Origin: a virus
Lineage: Duplodnaviria > Caudoviricetes
IMG/VR virus record: IMGVR_UViG_3300035190_001508
Coordinates: 1 to 62,350 of that record
Length of the DNA stretch: 62,350 bases
Strand: one strand, 5' to 3'
The notes under the pieces are model-generated. The model was given only the letters and a program-made list of their open reading frames with translations, did not search any database and was not told the DNA's origin. A program made the translations under genes and the position numbers. Positions 1-10,884 of this stretch are shown here, one piece after another (the first letter of the stretch is position 1; each line of letters begins with the position of its first letter).

Positions 1-745
1 CGGAGATCGTGTAGCTATTGGCGCTTATCAAAACGACGGCAACGGTTCTAATTCAGGTCATGTCCGTGTGTACAGCTGGAACGGCACTGCTTGGACTCAG
101 TTAGGCTTAGATATCGACGGCGAAGCCGCTAGCGACCGAAGTGGCTACCGCGTAAGCATGAACGCCGCCGGAGATCGTGTAGCTATTGGCGCTTATCAAA
201 ACGACGGCAACGGTTCTGATTCAGGTCATGTCCGTGTGTACAGCTGGAACGGCACTGCTTGGACTCAGTTAGGCTTAGATATCGACGGCGAAGCCGCTAG
301 CGACTGGAGTGGCTACAGCGTAAGCATGAACGCCGCCGGAGATCGTGTAACTATTGGCGCTATTCAAAACGACGGCAACGGTTCTGATTCAGGTCATGTA
401 CAGGTATATAGTTGGGATGGCTCTGCTTGGACACAGTTAGGCTTAGATATCGACGGCGAAGCCACTTTCGACCTAACTGGCTGGAGCGTAAGCATGAACG
501 CAGCTGGAGATCGTGTAGCTGTTGGCGCTATTGGAAACGACGGCAACGGTTCTAATTCAGGTCATGTCCGTGTGTACAGCTGGAACGGCACTGCTTGGAC
601 TCAGTTAGGCTTAGATATCGACGGCGAAGCTATTGGCGACCAAAGTGGTGTTAGCGTAAGCATGAACGCCGCCGGAGATCGTGTAGCTATTGGCGCTACT
701 CTAAACGACGGCAACGGTCCTGATTCAGGTCATGTCCGTGTGTAC
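1..745 (+). repeat. Tandem 168-bp coding repeat, ~4.5 copies
   Basis: The unit starting cggagatcgtgtagctattggcgct recurs at 1, 169, ~337, ~505 and ~673 with few substitutions. Confidence 0.95.
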
Positions 746-802
746 GCCGCTGGTTCCCCTGCTCGTATTTCTTGTCCTGTTACACTTTATAAATCTGTCT
801 AA
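2..802 (+). CDS. Tail fibre/receptor-binding protein, C-terminal part (5'-truncated), with 56-aa FG-GAP-like beta-propeller repeats
   Basis: Frame is open from base 2. Near-identical 168-bp units encode GDRVAIGA..NDGNGS.SGHVRVYSWNGTAWTQLGLDIDGEA..D.SG.SVSMNAA. Confidence 0.7.
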   Translation, partial: GDRVAIGAYQNDGNGSNSGHVRVYSWNGTAWTQLGLDIDGEAASDRSGYRVSMNAAGDRVAIGAYQNDGNGSDSGHVRVYSWNGTAWTQLGLDIDGEAASDWSGYSVSMNAAGDRVTIGAIQNDGNGSDSGHVQVYSWDGSAWTQLGLDIDGEATFDLTGWSVSMNAAGDRVAVGAIGNDGNGSNSGHVRVYSWNGTAWTQLGLDIDGEAIGDQSGVSVSMNAAGDRVAIGATLNDGNGPDSGHVRVYAAGSPARISCPVTLYKSV

Positions 803-807
803 TTCTA

Positions 808-1392
808 ATGGCCACACTCGACGACATTAACACCCTGCCCGAAGCCAGATTCCTTACTCTGGACGACAAAATGGCTATTGCCGAGCAGGATGACCGTCGT
901 TCGCCAAAGCGTATTAGTGTGGGCCAGCTTACAACTCTTATGGAGTTGGGCAATCCCGCCAGAGGTCAGGTCAGTGTGCAGAATAACACCACCGAAACCA
1001 ACATTATTACACAAAACGAATTTGTCGAAGCGGGCCTTAACGGAACGCTAGACACCAGCACCGTTGTAAACTTCACGGCCCTTGCCGACGGCAGGATCGG
1101 ATTGCGCTACACTGGCTCTGACAACAGGATCTTTTTGTGCTACGGAAGCTATGATGGTACCGCTGGAAATAACCAAATGCTTGCCATCCGTTTGGCTAAG
1201 AACGGTGTCTCTATTCCAGAGACTGAGTGCCGCGCATTCACCGCCAGCAACTCTCAGGAAGCTAAACTAGTTTGTTCGTGGATGATTGAGTTAGCCACTA
1301 ACGACACCCTTTCTATTGTTTTGACCAACGCCAGCAATACCCATGACATTTTAATTAAACGCGGCAGAGTTGTCGCAAACGCTATTTCCTAA
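808..1392 (+). CDS. Hypothetical virion protein (beta-rich C-terminal domain)
   Basis: 194-aa ORF in the tail module. Its N-terminus MATLDD..D..PKRISVGQL resembles the 59544-59717 ORF. Confidence 0.6.
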   Translation: MATLDDINTLPEARFLTLDDKMAIAEQDDRRSPKRISVGQLTTLMELGNPARGQVSVQNNTTETNIITQNEFVEAGLNGTLDTSTVVNFTALADGRIGLRYTGSDNRIFLCYGSYDGTAGNNQMLAIRLAKNGVSIPETECRAFTASNSQEAKLVCSWMIELATNDTLSIVLTNASNTHDILIKRGRVVANAIS

Positions 1393-1769
1393 TGCTAGCC
1401 GCAAATTACGACATTACCATTGATCGCGCAGCTGAGTACAGCTTCGTTCTGACCCTACAGAACCAGCTTGGGCAGGCCGTTGACTTGGACCCGCCATCCG
1501 CGGACCCCTATGCTTTCTACGCGGACATCCGCGAAACAGCCACTAAAAAAGAAATTGTATCTTTTGCAGCGGATATTATTAATGGCGGCGACAACGGTCA
1601 GGTTTCTTTTAAGCTTTCCGAAGCCAGCACCTTGCAGCTTAGACCATCCACCAGCTACGAGTACGACATCTTCATGCAGCGCGGCGGCGTTATGGAACGC
1701 TTACTGTACGGCTCCGTTACGGTCCGCGCTAACATTACAAAAGGAGCACCAGTAGACCCAATTCTTTAA
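1392..1769 (+). CDS. Fibre adaptor-like protein, paralogue of 61574-61915
   Basis: MLAANYDITI..YSFVLT..ADIRE..YEYDIF..LLYGSV aligns by eye with MSAANYNLSI..FSFTL..AEIRE..YKWDFF..LLYGTV. Both precede a fibre gene. Confidence 0.65.
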   Translation: MLAANYDITIDRAAEYSFVLTLQNQLGQAVDLDPPSADPYAFYADIRETATKKEIVSFAADIINGGDNGQVSFKLSEASTLQLRPSTSYEYDIFMQRGGVMERLLYGSVTVRANITKGAPVDPIL

Positions 1770-1773
1770 GACC

Positions 1774-4023
1774 ATGCCATCCGACACCTACACACTTATT
1801 ATTTCAGACGCTGGCGTTAGCATTCCGTCAACGCACGCTAGCGCGCACCTTACCGGGGGCACCGACGCAATTCCAGTAGCGACCACCACTACTAGCGGAC
1901 TTATGAGCGCGGCAATGGTGACGGAACACGTTGCTAACAACCTTAAGACTTCTAATGCTACACACACCGGCGACGTAGTGGACACGGCGGGCTCCTTAAA
2001 GGTTACCGGCATTAACAGCGTAAAGCTTGCGGATCTGCCAACTGGAATCCTTAAGGTAACAACCGGCACAGGCGCGGTTGGTATTGCCGGCTCTGGCGAT
2101 TTCCCGACACTTAACCAAAACACAACCGGCCGGGCCGCTGTTGCCACGCTTGCCGACACAGCTACCGTGGCTCTTACCGCTAATACAGCCACAACAGCCA
2201 CTACCGCTACTAATGCCACCAACGCCATTAACGCCACCAACGCCGTTAACGCCACCAACGCCGTTAACGCACAGACGGCAGTTACCGCCACAAGCGCTAC
2301 TACCGCAACTACAGCCACGTCGGCCGGTACAGCAACCACGGCTACCTCCGCAACCACAGCTGGCACTGCTACTAATCTTGCGAACGGCGCTCTGGGTTCT
2401 GTCCCCTACCAGTCAGCTATTGGAGAAACCGCTATGCTGCCGTATGGTTCCGCTGGTCAGGTCCTTACGTCTAATGGACAAGCCGCACCAAGCTGGGCCC
2501 CGGTGGCTCTTTCGTCCGGCACTGTTGTTGGCGTTAGTAATGGTGGAACCGGTAAGACCAGCCTTACCGGTATTCTAGTTGGAAACGGCACAAGCCCTAT
2601 TGATACAGTTGCTGCACCCGATAGCGAAATTGTCGGCATTAGTGACACACAAACTTTGACCAATAAAACGCTTAGCTCCAACACGCAGTACCAGAGCGCT
2701 ATTAGCGTTGCCAACGGCGGCACCGGACAACAAACTTTTACGGCTGGTATTCTTACGGCTAACGGCACCAATTCGTTTTTAACCATTACCAAGCCAGACG
2801 GGGCTTTGGTTGGGTCAACGGATTCTCAGACCTTGGACAACAAGGCATTCGGCACCGGCACACAACTTGGGACACCAATAAGTGGTAACTTACTTAACTG
2901 TACTAACTTACCGCTTACTGATGGTGACGGTGTTAGTGGCATTCTTCCTGTTGCTAATGGTGGCACAGGTCAGTCTTCATTTTCTGAAGGTATTCTAAAA
3001 GTTAATAGCTCAGGTGCCATTATATCGACACCTTCTGCCGGTGACCTTGTTACTACAGACGGAACCCAAACAATTATTAATAAAACATTTGGTGCAAACA
3101 CAAACCTCGGGGCACCTACTGCCGGTGATTTAACAAATTGTACGAACGTACAACTTGATACCGGTGTGGAGGGCGTCCTCCCCGCCGCAAACGGTGGAAC
3201 CGATCAAGGCAGTTACACAGCAGGAGATATTTTATTTGCAGATTCTACAGATAGTTTATCCAAGCTATCAACTATTGCTGGTGACAATGTCTTGCTCAGC
3301 AGTGGAGTGGGTATTGGACCAACTTATGGAAAAGTCGGACTTACTACTCATGTTTCTGGTATTCTTCCAATTGAAAACGGCGGTACCGGTAATACTACTG
3401 GTTCGGTGAACGCTGAAGACATTACAGGTATTCTTCCCGTATCTAAGGGTGGCACTGGCATGGCTAGCCTTACTGGTTATGTTTATGGCAATGGTGTGGG
3501 AGCAATGACAGCGAGCGCAACTATCCCAATGACCGTTCTCACCGGTGCATCTCGTGGTATTAATTATTCGGCTGGTTCCTCAAATACAATAAGCAGTACC
3601 ACACAAAATTCTTGGCACCCAGTTAACCCACAAGGTACTCTTTCAAACGACGTAGGGATGAGTCTCGGTAGTTCTAATAGGTTTTCATTAAAAAACACAT
3701 CTGGCTCAACTAGAACATATATTGTTGAAGCAAGAGCCCGGGTGTACGCTGCCGCAGCACCTCCAGCTGCGACATATTTTGGTATGCGACTCTATACGGG
3801 ATTTGAGAATGGATCTTGGGCTGTTGTTTCTGAATCCGATACTGTGGCGGATAGGTCAGCTACAAGTTTGGGCGACTTGCGTGTGTTATCGACTTCTTGT
3901 ATAGTTGAATTAAGTGTTAACGAAGAAGTGGCCATCTACATAAGTCAGTACGCAATTAGCGGTACTCATACTTTAAGTATAGCATCAAGTAATCATTATT
4001 TAAGCGCAATCGCTATTATCTAA
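1774..4023 (+). CDS. Tail fibre protein
   Basis: 749 aa, Gly/Thr-rich, with repeated GILPVANGGTG and TQTLTNKT shaft motifs and an ATT/ATN low-complexity run. Confidence 0.8.
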   Translation: MPSDTYTLIISDAGVSIPSTHASAHLTGGTDAIPVATTTTSGLMSAAMVTEHVANNLKTSNATHTGDVVDTAGSLKVTGINSVKLADLPTGILKVTTGTGAVGIAGSGDFPTLNQNTTGRAAVATLADTATVALTANTATTATTATNATNAINATNAVNATNAVNAQTAVTATSATTATTATSAGTATTATSATTAGTATNLANGALGSVPYQSAIGETAMLPYGSAGQVLTSNGQAAPSWAPVALSSGTVVGVSNGGTGKTSLTGILVGNGTSPIDTVAAPDSEIVGISDTQTLTNKTLSSNTQYQSAISVANGGTGQQTFTAGILTANGTNSFLTITKPDGALVGSTDSQTLDNKAFGTGTQLGTPISGNLLNCTNLPLTDGDGVSGILPVANGGTGQSSFSEGILKVNSSGAIISTPSAGDLVTTDGTQTIINKTFGANTNLGAPTAGDLTNCTNVQLDTGVEGVLPAANGGTDQGSYTAGDILFADSTDSLSKLSTIAGDNVLLSSGVGIGPTYGKVGLTTHVSGILPIENGGTGNTTGSVNAEDITGILPVSKGGTGMASLTGYVYGNGVGAMTASATIPMTVLTGASRGINYSAGSSNTISSTTQNSWHPVNPQGTLSNDVGMSLGSSNRFSLKNTSGSTRTYIVEARARVYAAAAPPAATYFGMRLYTGFENGSWAVVSESDTVADRSATSLGDLRVLSTSCIVELSVNEEVAIYISQYAISGTHTLSIASSNHYLSAIAII

Positions 4024-4024
4024 T

Positions 4025-7006
4025 ATGGCAATCTCTCAGTTACCGCAAGCCCCATATCGCCAAGACCGTAAGCTGTTTCCAACACCAGTTGTTGGGGACG
4101 TGCTATTCAGTCAGGTAAAGGACTGCACCCGCATCGAGATTCCTGAATACGGAACCCCGCATCCCGACACAAAAAAGTGGCCGGACCACAAGCTGGTCTT
4201 CGTAAAGCCGGTAGACATTGAACGCGACGGGATCTTTGAGTTCTTCTACGCAGCAGACCGCGATAACCAAGACCAGTACAACTTTACGTACTCGCAAGGC
4301 GAGCTAGTCCTTACCAGAACCTACATTGTTTCTAGGGGTTCTTTGGAGGACTTTGTAGAACCAAAGCTCGGGCAGGACGACCCGGCTTTTCCAGAGTACA
4401 AGTTTGCTACCCAGCAAGTCCAGCGCGTCGAAGACAAGGAGCTTGATTCTTTGTACGTGGCCGTTCAGCGTTTCTATGCGAAGCACAACACCACGTTCGC
4501 TGTAGATACCGAAACCAAGACCGGCTACAAAATTCGTAGGGTAAGTACTCTTAACAAAGAACTGTCCGAGTCAGGCAACAGCAGCAGTAGTTTTGACGAA
4601 AAGGGCTGGACCAACCGCCAAGAGACCGTACAAATTACCGGCGGGACAACCCTGACCACCATTGACCAGAAGCCTTTTGTTAAGGTCCAAAGCGACACCA
4701 CAATTAGCGGCACGCCGGTGGTCCCCGAGACCGGAACCGGAAGCAGCCGCTTAATCTACGACAACGGTGAGACCAAGGTCTACGAGAACATAAACGACAC
4801 AAGCACCCCCAAGACTGGACCCGCTGGTGTGGAGAAAGAGTCGCGCCCATACGTATTGCTTACCACCGATAAAAGCTTTAGCACAACAAGCGACATAACC
4901 GGCCCAACCGGCTCGTCGCAAGTGGTTTTTAACGACGGTGAAACCACCGTGTACGAGGTAAACAATATTTCCGCTATTGCGCGTCCACAAAAGGTCGGTG
5001 ATGAGAAGGAGGAACGCCCGTACGCTAGCCTTAATACATCTAAGCGTTACTCTACAAACGGTGATGTAGCGACCAAAACAGGATCGTCCAATATTGTTTG
5101 GACCGACGGCACCACTACAATTTACGAGGTAAACGAAATAACTGCCAGCCCAAAGGCTGCCAGCGTTGGTGAGGAAAAAGAAGAGCGCCCGTACGCGCGC
5201 CTTACAACAGCAAAGCGTTATGCTACCAGCGGTACAGTTAACACCGGCACCGGCTCGTCCAATGTTGTTTGGACAGACGGTAACCTTACAATTTATGAGG
5301 TAAACGAAGTAACTGCTACTGCAAAGGCTGCCAGCGTTGGTGAGGAAAAAGAAGAGCGTCCGTACGCGCGCCTTACAACCGCAAAGCGTTACGCTACCAG
5401 CAGTACAGTTAATACCAACACCGGATCGTCCAACGTTGTTTGGACAGACGGAATTACTACAATTTATGAGGTAAGTGAAATAACTGCTAACCCAAAGGCT
5501 ACTAGTGTTGGGCAGGAAAAAGAAGAGCGCCCGTACGCACGCCTTACAACAGAAAAGCGTTATGCTACCAGCGGTACAGTTACTACCGGCACCGGCTCGT
5601 CTAATGTCGTTTGGACAGACGGCGCTACCACAATTTATGAAGTAAACGAAATAACCGCTAACGCAAAAGCTGCTACTGTCGGTGAAGAAAAAGAAGAGCG
5701 CCCGTACGCTAGTTTAAGAACAGCAAAGCGTTATTCTACCAGCAGTTCGGTTGGCACTAAAACCGGCTCTTCCAATGTTGTTTGGACTGACGGCGTTACC
5801 ACAATTTATGAAATAAATGAAATAACCGCTGTCGCCAAATTTTCTCAGGCCGGAGAAGAGAAAGAAGAACGCCCGTACGCTACCCTTACTACTCGCAAAA
5901 AATACTCAAGTTCTCCTACGGTTGGGTCTAAGACCGGCTCCTCCAACGCAGTTTGGACAGACGGTAGTCTTACAATTTATGAGGTAAATGAAATAACTGC
6001 TAGTGCGAAATCAAACAATGTTGGAGAAGAAAAAGAAGTACGTCCTTACGTAACTCTTACAACTAAAAAACGTTACTCAACTAGCGGCAATATTAGTACT
6101 AAAACAGGTTCGTCCAATGTTGTTTGGACCGACGGTACTACCACAATTTACGAAGTAAATGAAATTACACCACAAGTTCAAACTGGCGATCCCGGTTTTG
6201 AACTTAGAACCGAGCCATGGGGTAGTTACAGACTTAACAAAAAATATGTTACAGCACCAAATACTGCCCAAAGTAAAGTCGGCGGGGCTACTCTTATATA
6301 TACTGACGGTAACGTAAAAGTTTACGAAGAAACAACTACGGAAATAGTTAAACTTAATTCTGAAAAATATACATCAGCCAAGTCTTTGCGTGATGGCCCA
6401 TATATTGAAGAGACTCAAACTTCATACGTGCAGGCTAGTTCGGGCGCTAGCATAAGTTCAGGTAACGATTACTACACGGTAACCGAAGTATTTAATGACG
6501 GGGACCAGAAAGTATTTAAATTAGACGAGTTAAAATTAACGAACAACCCACTAGAATGGGACGAAATTATTAACTACGAATGGCCAACTGTGCTTACAGA
6601 TATTGATTTAAAAGGGTGGAAATCGAGAGCTACTGGAGAGTATGTTTACTACCCACGTTATTACTTTAAACAAGGGTTTAGCGGGCCTCAGAAAGCAACA
6701 AAAAAACGCTATTGGCAAAAAGCTAAACCAATTGTAGTGGCCCCGCCTAAACTAATTCCTGAAGGAGTATCGTTTCGCAGTCCGTTATTTACTGTTGAAG
6801 TTCCCCCTTGCCTCCATGCAGAGTTTACTCTTAACTCAAATAATTCCACTACAGACCCGGAGTGGGAGTACACACTAGACAGCAAGACTTTTAAAGCGAC
6901 AACTCCACCAGACTGGCCAGCTGAGATTAAGTGGGTAGAGTCAGAGCCACACAAAGGCGGTTACATTGTTACCGAAACAACAATTAAAAAACCAGAAATT
7001 AAATGA
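4025..7006 (+). CDS. Tail-associated protein with a 57-aa tandem repeat array
   Basis: 993 aa. Eight clear copies of GEEKEERPYA.LTT.KRY.TS..V.T.TGSSNVVWTDG.TTIYEVNEIT plus degenerate flanking copies. Confidence 0.65.
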   Translation: MAISQLPQAPYRQDRKLFPTPVVGDVLFSQVKDCTRIEIPEYGTPHPDTKKWPDHKLVFVKPVDIERDGIFEFFYAADRDNQDQYNFTYSQGELVLTRTYIVSRGSLEDFVEPKLGQDDPAFPEYKFATQQVQRVEDKELDSLYVAVQRFYAKHNTTFAVDTETKTGYKIRRVSTLNKELSESGNSSSSFDEKGWTNRQETVQITGGTTLTTIDQKPFVKVQSDTTISGTPVVPETGTGSSRLIYDNGETKVYENINDTSTPKTGPAGVEKESRPYVLLTTDKSFSTTSDITGPTGSSQVVFNDGETTVYEVNNISAIARPQKVGDEKEERPYASLNTSKRYSTNGDVATKTGSSNIVWTDGTTTIYEVNEITASPKAASVGEEKEERPYARLTTAKRYATSGTVNTGTGSSNVVWTDGNLTIYEVNEVTATAKAASVGEEKEERPYARLTTAKRYATSSTVNTNTGSSNVVWTDGITTIYEVSEITANPKATSVGQEKEERPYARLTTEKRYATSGTVTTGTGSSNVVWTDGATTIYEVNEITANAKAATVGEEKEERPYASLRTAKRYSTSSSVGTKTGSSNVVWTDGVTTIYEINEITAVAKFSQAGEEKEERPYATLTTRKKYSSSPTVGSKTGSSNAVWTDGSLTIYEVNEITASAKSNNVGEEKEVRPYVTLTTKKRYSTSGNISTKTGSSNVVWTDGTTTIYEVNEITPQVQTGDPGFELRTEPWGSYRLNKKYVTAPNTAQSKVGGATLIYTDGNVKVYEETTTEIVKLNSEKYTSAKSLRDGPYIEETQTSYVQASSGASISSGNDYYTVTEVFNDGDQKVFKLDELKLTNNPLEWDEIINYEWPTVLTDIDLKGWKSRATGEYVYYPRYYFKQGFSGPQKATKKRYWQKAKPIVVAPPKLIPEGVSFRSPLFTVEVPPCLHAEFTLNSNNSTTDPEWEYTLDSKTFKATTPPDWPAEIKWVESEPHKGGYIVTETTIKKPEIK
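4826..6190 (+). repeat. Tandem 171-bp coding repeat, ~8 copies
   Basis: gaggaaaaagaagagcg occurs at 5171 and 5342, giving a 171-bp period that continues through the array. Confidence 0.9.
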
Positions 7007-7494
7007 GCGAACTCAACAACATACGACCAATACCTAGCCGTTTATTTACTCCTTCTTTTGTTAGTGGGCAGAAAAATGTGGCTCCAATTAGTAACGCGTG
7101 GGTTCCAAAGTTTTCGTTTAGGGACGCTGCTATAGATGTAACTTTTGGGGCCGGTGTAGTAAATGGATTTTTACCGACAAACTGGAACGATAAGTTTTCA
7201 ATCCCAATGTCCAGCGAGCGTTATGTTAAACTTGAGGTCGGGGCGACTATTAATGGTCTCAATAGCGTTAAGTTACTCGTAGAAAATACGCCAACAACTA
7301 TTAATGAGTTTAGAAAAGATTACCCGCCCATTAAATTTAAATTTATTTTAGGAATCCTTAAAGGTAAAAATTATGCTATGACCTTTAACGCCCCAATAAC
7401 TGTAACACCAATCGAAGCTTTTAGAGAACCAATAAAAGAACCGAAACCGGGTGAACAGCCGTTTAGCAGGTACTGGCATTGGTCTATTAGTTAA
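7003..7494 (+). CDS. Hypothetical tail-module protein
   Basis: 163-aa ORF overlapping the upstream stop, in AT-rich DNA. Confidence 0.6.
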   Translation: MSELNNIRPIPSRLFTPSFVSGQKNVAPISNAWVPKFSFRDAAIDVTFGAGVVNGFLPTNWNDKFSIPMSSERYVKLEVGATINGLNSVKLLVENTPTTINEFRKDYPPIKFKFILGILKGKNYAMTFNAPITVTPIEAFREPIKEPKPGEQPFSRYWHWSIS

Positions 7495-7498
7495 TTAT

Positions 7499-9829
7499 AT
7501 GGCTGTTAATTATGTCACAGCCGAGTCAAATGCTGGTGTTTTTAATCCAGTATTTTCTTCAATATCTGTTACTGGTACCTATACAAGTACAAGAACGGGG
7601 GCTAGTGGTCTGACAAGATCAGGAAGGGATACCCATTCGGAGAGCACTGGTTTCACCAACAATGTAGCTAGTTCTCAAACCTCGAAATACGGCGTGACAT
7701 ACGCCGGTAATTTCGTTACCAGAGATTCTGCTAACACCACCAAAACAGGACTTTCCGCAACGACTGTAACAGGCGAAGGTCGTTTTAGTTATATGCGTAG
7801 TGGTTCTGTGGGCAAAGGTCAATATGATGACTCGCCTGAACAGTCTACTACGTATGAGCCACATGGAATTTCGTATTCTCTTAAAAATACAACTATAGCC
7901 TACAACTATAATAAGCTAAAAGACACTACAGTTAGTTACGATATAAACTATCCAAAAACAAGTTTTTCAACAGAAACTTCAGTTAGTTTTAGTAACACAA
8001 CTGCAGTCGTAGCCCTGCCGTATAATAAAGTTATATTAACCATAAGTTCTAAGTTTACTGCAAGTAAAACTTCTACAGTAAATACATTTTACAGTTCTTC
8101 ATATAGACGTAAAACTTATGACGGTGGTACCGATGGTACGCTAAATGGTGTAGAGGCAAAATCAGAAAAAAATAATAAATTTGAAGATTATTATTTTAAA
8201 GATGTAGTTTTTAAGACCAACAGTATTGGTTTTTATCCAGCACAACTGTGGGTTTATAAAAACGGAACTGGAGTTATTTCTGATTGCTTTAGTCAAGTAA
8301 AAGCTGGTAATTATACACTACAACTACCCCGCGTTAGTTCTAGTAGAAATTATGATGTAATAACGTATACAGATCCAGAAGGCACTTCAAATGAGTACGA
8401 TAAATCTGTTTCTTCTATCCAAGACTTTAAGCTGAATAATAAAATTGTTACCTATGATGGTTACATGTTTGCTACTTATTCAACTTTAACTGAAACTGGC
8501 CAAATAGGATTGGGCCCCGCCCCCGGCATACTTACCGCAATAAATGGAAATGTTGTTGAAGATATTCAGACTTCTATAAATGACGTAATTTATTACGAAG
8601 TTTCCATTTTATCTAAAATAGATGAATCATATTCATACTCTTATAGTTTGGGCACGACAACAAATGCAAGAACATTTGATTACCTTTACACAACAAAAGC
8701 TTATTCGTTTCCTCAAGTATTTTCAAAAACGGTAAACTCAAAAATAGAAAAGCCGTGGGTTTTGGCTATACAAACTTCTAGTAGCGACGAAGCAAATTGG
8801 ACAATTTATGGGGGTGGTGGAGAAACGCGAGGGTATGGCGCATCTACAGACTACACAATACGCCAAGGATTTTACACGCTGCCGTATGTAAAACTACTGG
8901 AGGATAACCCAAATTTTCCGTTTGCGTTTACGTGTAAAACATTGCCAGATGGGTTCATAGGATTTGCGGGAACCTTTGACGAAAGTTTTACAACTAAAAA
9001 AGAAGCTTACCGTAGCATTGTTTACCACAAGCAAGGAAATTTAATTTCATTCAAAAACGCTGTTGAGTTTAATTTGTTTGATCTAGAGTCAAAACTATTT
9101 GCACAAATAAGAAAAAATGGCACGGTAATTATACCAAAAACTTACCATGAATTTGAGGACTTTACTGTTAGCGCCGAGCCCCCAAAAAGATTAACAACGT
9201 CAGCAGAATTTAGCGTATACTATTCAACAACAGTTCAAAGCACTAGGAGCACGCGCGTATCAACAAATTCTAAATATAAAGAATACGGTATAACAAAAAC
9301 ACGAGGCAGTGGTTTAGAGTTTACTACTGGGCTAACCTCCACAGAATATACTTATTCTGTATCTGCTTATTCAATAACAAACACTACAAACACTATAGAA
9401 ACTGTTATTACGTATGAGTATAGTGTTACAGACAAAAAAAATAAAGATTATTTTACAACTGGTATTGCAAATACTACTTGTTACGCGTTTACTTACTATG
9501 ACGAGTACGCCCCACTGATGGGACATGCTGTAACTTATGGAATGGTCGGTGGTGTAGGTTTTGGTAACTGCGTCATGGAAGTAGGGCCTATTCTTTTAAA
9601 ATATACCTTGGCTAACGCAGACGGACGAACAGCAAAATCAAAAATTAGTTTTTCTAATGTTTCCAAAAAAAGGTTGTTGACAATTAAAGAAGATCAGTTT
9701 ATGTATTTTGAAGCATTTCCAATATACACAACTCATAAGAAAATTGGTTACTATCCTTACGCCCAAGAAGCCATAGATTTGGGTTATTGGAGCACATGGG
9801 GTGAATACATTAATTATTACGACGAATGA
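7499..9829 (+). CDS. Ser/Thr/Tyr-rich hypothetical virion or receptor-binding protein
   Basis: Long ORF, likely starting at ATG 7499 (MAVNYV) just after the upstream stop. Visibly AT-rich compared with the rest of the genome. Confidence 0.6.
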   Translation: MAVNYVTAESNAGVFNPVFSSISVTGTYTSTRTGASGLTRSGRDTHSESTGFTNNVASSQTSKYGVTYAGNFVTRDSANTTKTGLSATTVTGEGRFSYMRSGSVGKGQYDDSPEQSTTYEPHGISYSLKNTTIAYNYNKLKDTTVSYDINYPKTSFSTETSVSFSNTTAVVALPYNKVILTISSKFTASKTSTVNTFYSSSYRRKTYDGGTDGTLNGVEAKSEKNNKFEDYYFKDVVFKTNSIGFYPAQLWVYKNGTGVISDCFSQVKAGNYTLQLPRVSSSRNYDVITYTDPEGTSNEYDKSVSSIQDFKLNNKIVTYDGYMFATYSTLTETGQIGLGPAPGILTAINGNVVEDIQTSINDVIYYEVSILSKIDESYSYSYSLGTTTNARTFDYLYTTKAYSFPQVFSKTVNSKIEKPWVLAIQTSSSDEANWTIYGGGGETRGYGASTDYTIRQGFYTLPYVKLLEDNPNFPFAFTCKTLPDGFIGFAGTFDESFTTKKEAYRSIVYHKQGNLISFKNAVEFNLFDLESKLFAQIRKNGTVIIPKTYHEFEDFTVSAEPPKRLTTSAEFSVYYSTTVQSTRSTRVSTNSKYKEYGITKTRGSGLEFTTGLTSTEYTYSVSAYSITNTTNTIETVITYEYSVTDKKNKDYFTTGIANTTCYAFTYYDEYAPLMGHAVTYGMVGGVGFGNCVMEVGPILLKYTLANADGRTAKSKISFSNVSKKRLLTIKEDQFMYFEAFPIYTTHKKIGYYPYAQEAIDLGYWSTWGEYINYYDE

Positions 9830-10884
9830 AACTAACAATATACACAACAGCAACATCAGGTGGGTACTCACGCGCGCTTGAAACACAAGCTCGCAGAGTT
9901 CTCTCCGCCCTTTATTCTGAAAGAAGAGTCCGTCCAGAGAATATTTTAATTGTGCTTGTTACTGACAAAGAAGAAGAGGTACAAGCCGCTTACCAGACAT
10001 ACACGCAGGGCTTACCAACCGCAACCGTTAAGGTCCTTGCTGACCCCAAATTCGTTAAAGAAGGCAAGAACTACGAGCGCGGGTCCCAACTTCTTATTGC
10101 GCAAATGCGCACCGCGGCCACCAAGGAAGCACTGGCTTGGAACTCTGATTTCTGTTTGTCCTTGGACGGGGACGTGTTACCGCCACACAACGCTATTCGT
10201 TGCATGCTGGACATGCTGGAGTTCGATAACGGCTACTATGGTGTTTCTTTCTGCCCGTATCCGTCACACGGTGGCGGTTCCTTTTTGGGCGGCCGCGGCA
10301 ATATTGAACGCCAAATCTTCCCCGATTACTTTGAGGACGAGAAAGATATTCCCGATAAACTTCTCAAGAAACGTGATTCCTTACGCAAGAAACTTGAGTC
10401 CCTAAAGAAACCAGACGAGGCTTTAGTTAAGGATCTCCGCGCGGTTGAAAAGGAAATCGAACAGGTGCCGCCTAAAATGAATGTGTTTGAAGCTAACTCC
10501 AAGAAGTGGCGCAGGCGCGGCTGGTTCGATATGGCATACCCCGCTATTGGCAAGGGAGCAATTGTTCCGGTTGACTGGACGGGTTTCGGGTGCACACTAA
10601 TGAACCGCGACGCTTTAGCCCTGTGCGACTGGTCCGGCTATGGAGGTCACGGCACCGAGGACCTGTACATTAACTACCACCGCTGGGCTGCAAATAACAT
10701 TCGCATGTGTTGTATTCCGCATTGTCCGTGCGATCACGTGGTACGCAACCCAGACCCAGATAAGCGTTTGGGCGAGTTCGTGCACGTCCGCACGTTCCAC
10801 GATACCGAAGAAGAATATTCTGGACATTTACGGCAGCAGCATGTTGAGTGGTTCGCCCACACACCGGGCGAAAAACTTAAATGA
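9826..10884 (+). CDS. Glycosyltransferase, GT-A fold (GT2-like)
   Basis: DxD motif in CLSLDGDVLPP, plus VDWTGFGCTLM, TEDL and a C-terminal CDH. Confidence 0.7.
   Translation: MKLTIYTTATSGGYSRALETQARRVLSALYSERRVRPENILIVLVTDKEEEVQAAYQTYTQGLPTATVKVLADPKFVKEGKNYERGSQLLIAQMRTAATKEALAWNSDFCLSLDGDVLPPHNAIRCMLDMLEFDNGYYGVSFCPYPSHGGGSFLGGRGNIERQIFPDYFEDEKDIPDKLLKKRDSLRKKLESLKKPDEALVKDLRAVEKEIEQVPPKMNVFEANSKKWRRRGWFDMAYPAIGKGAIVPVDWTGFGCTLMNRDALALCDWSGYGGHGTEDLYINYHRWAANNIRMCCIPHCPCDHVVRNPDPDKRLGEFVHVRTFHDTEEEYSGHLRQQHVEWFAHTPGEKLK

Noticed and set aside
1-6190. Diversity-generating retroelement template/variable repeat pair in the tail repeats
   Set aside because: The repeats are tandem in-frame coding units, differences are not adenine-specific, and no reverse transcriptase gene is visible.
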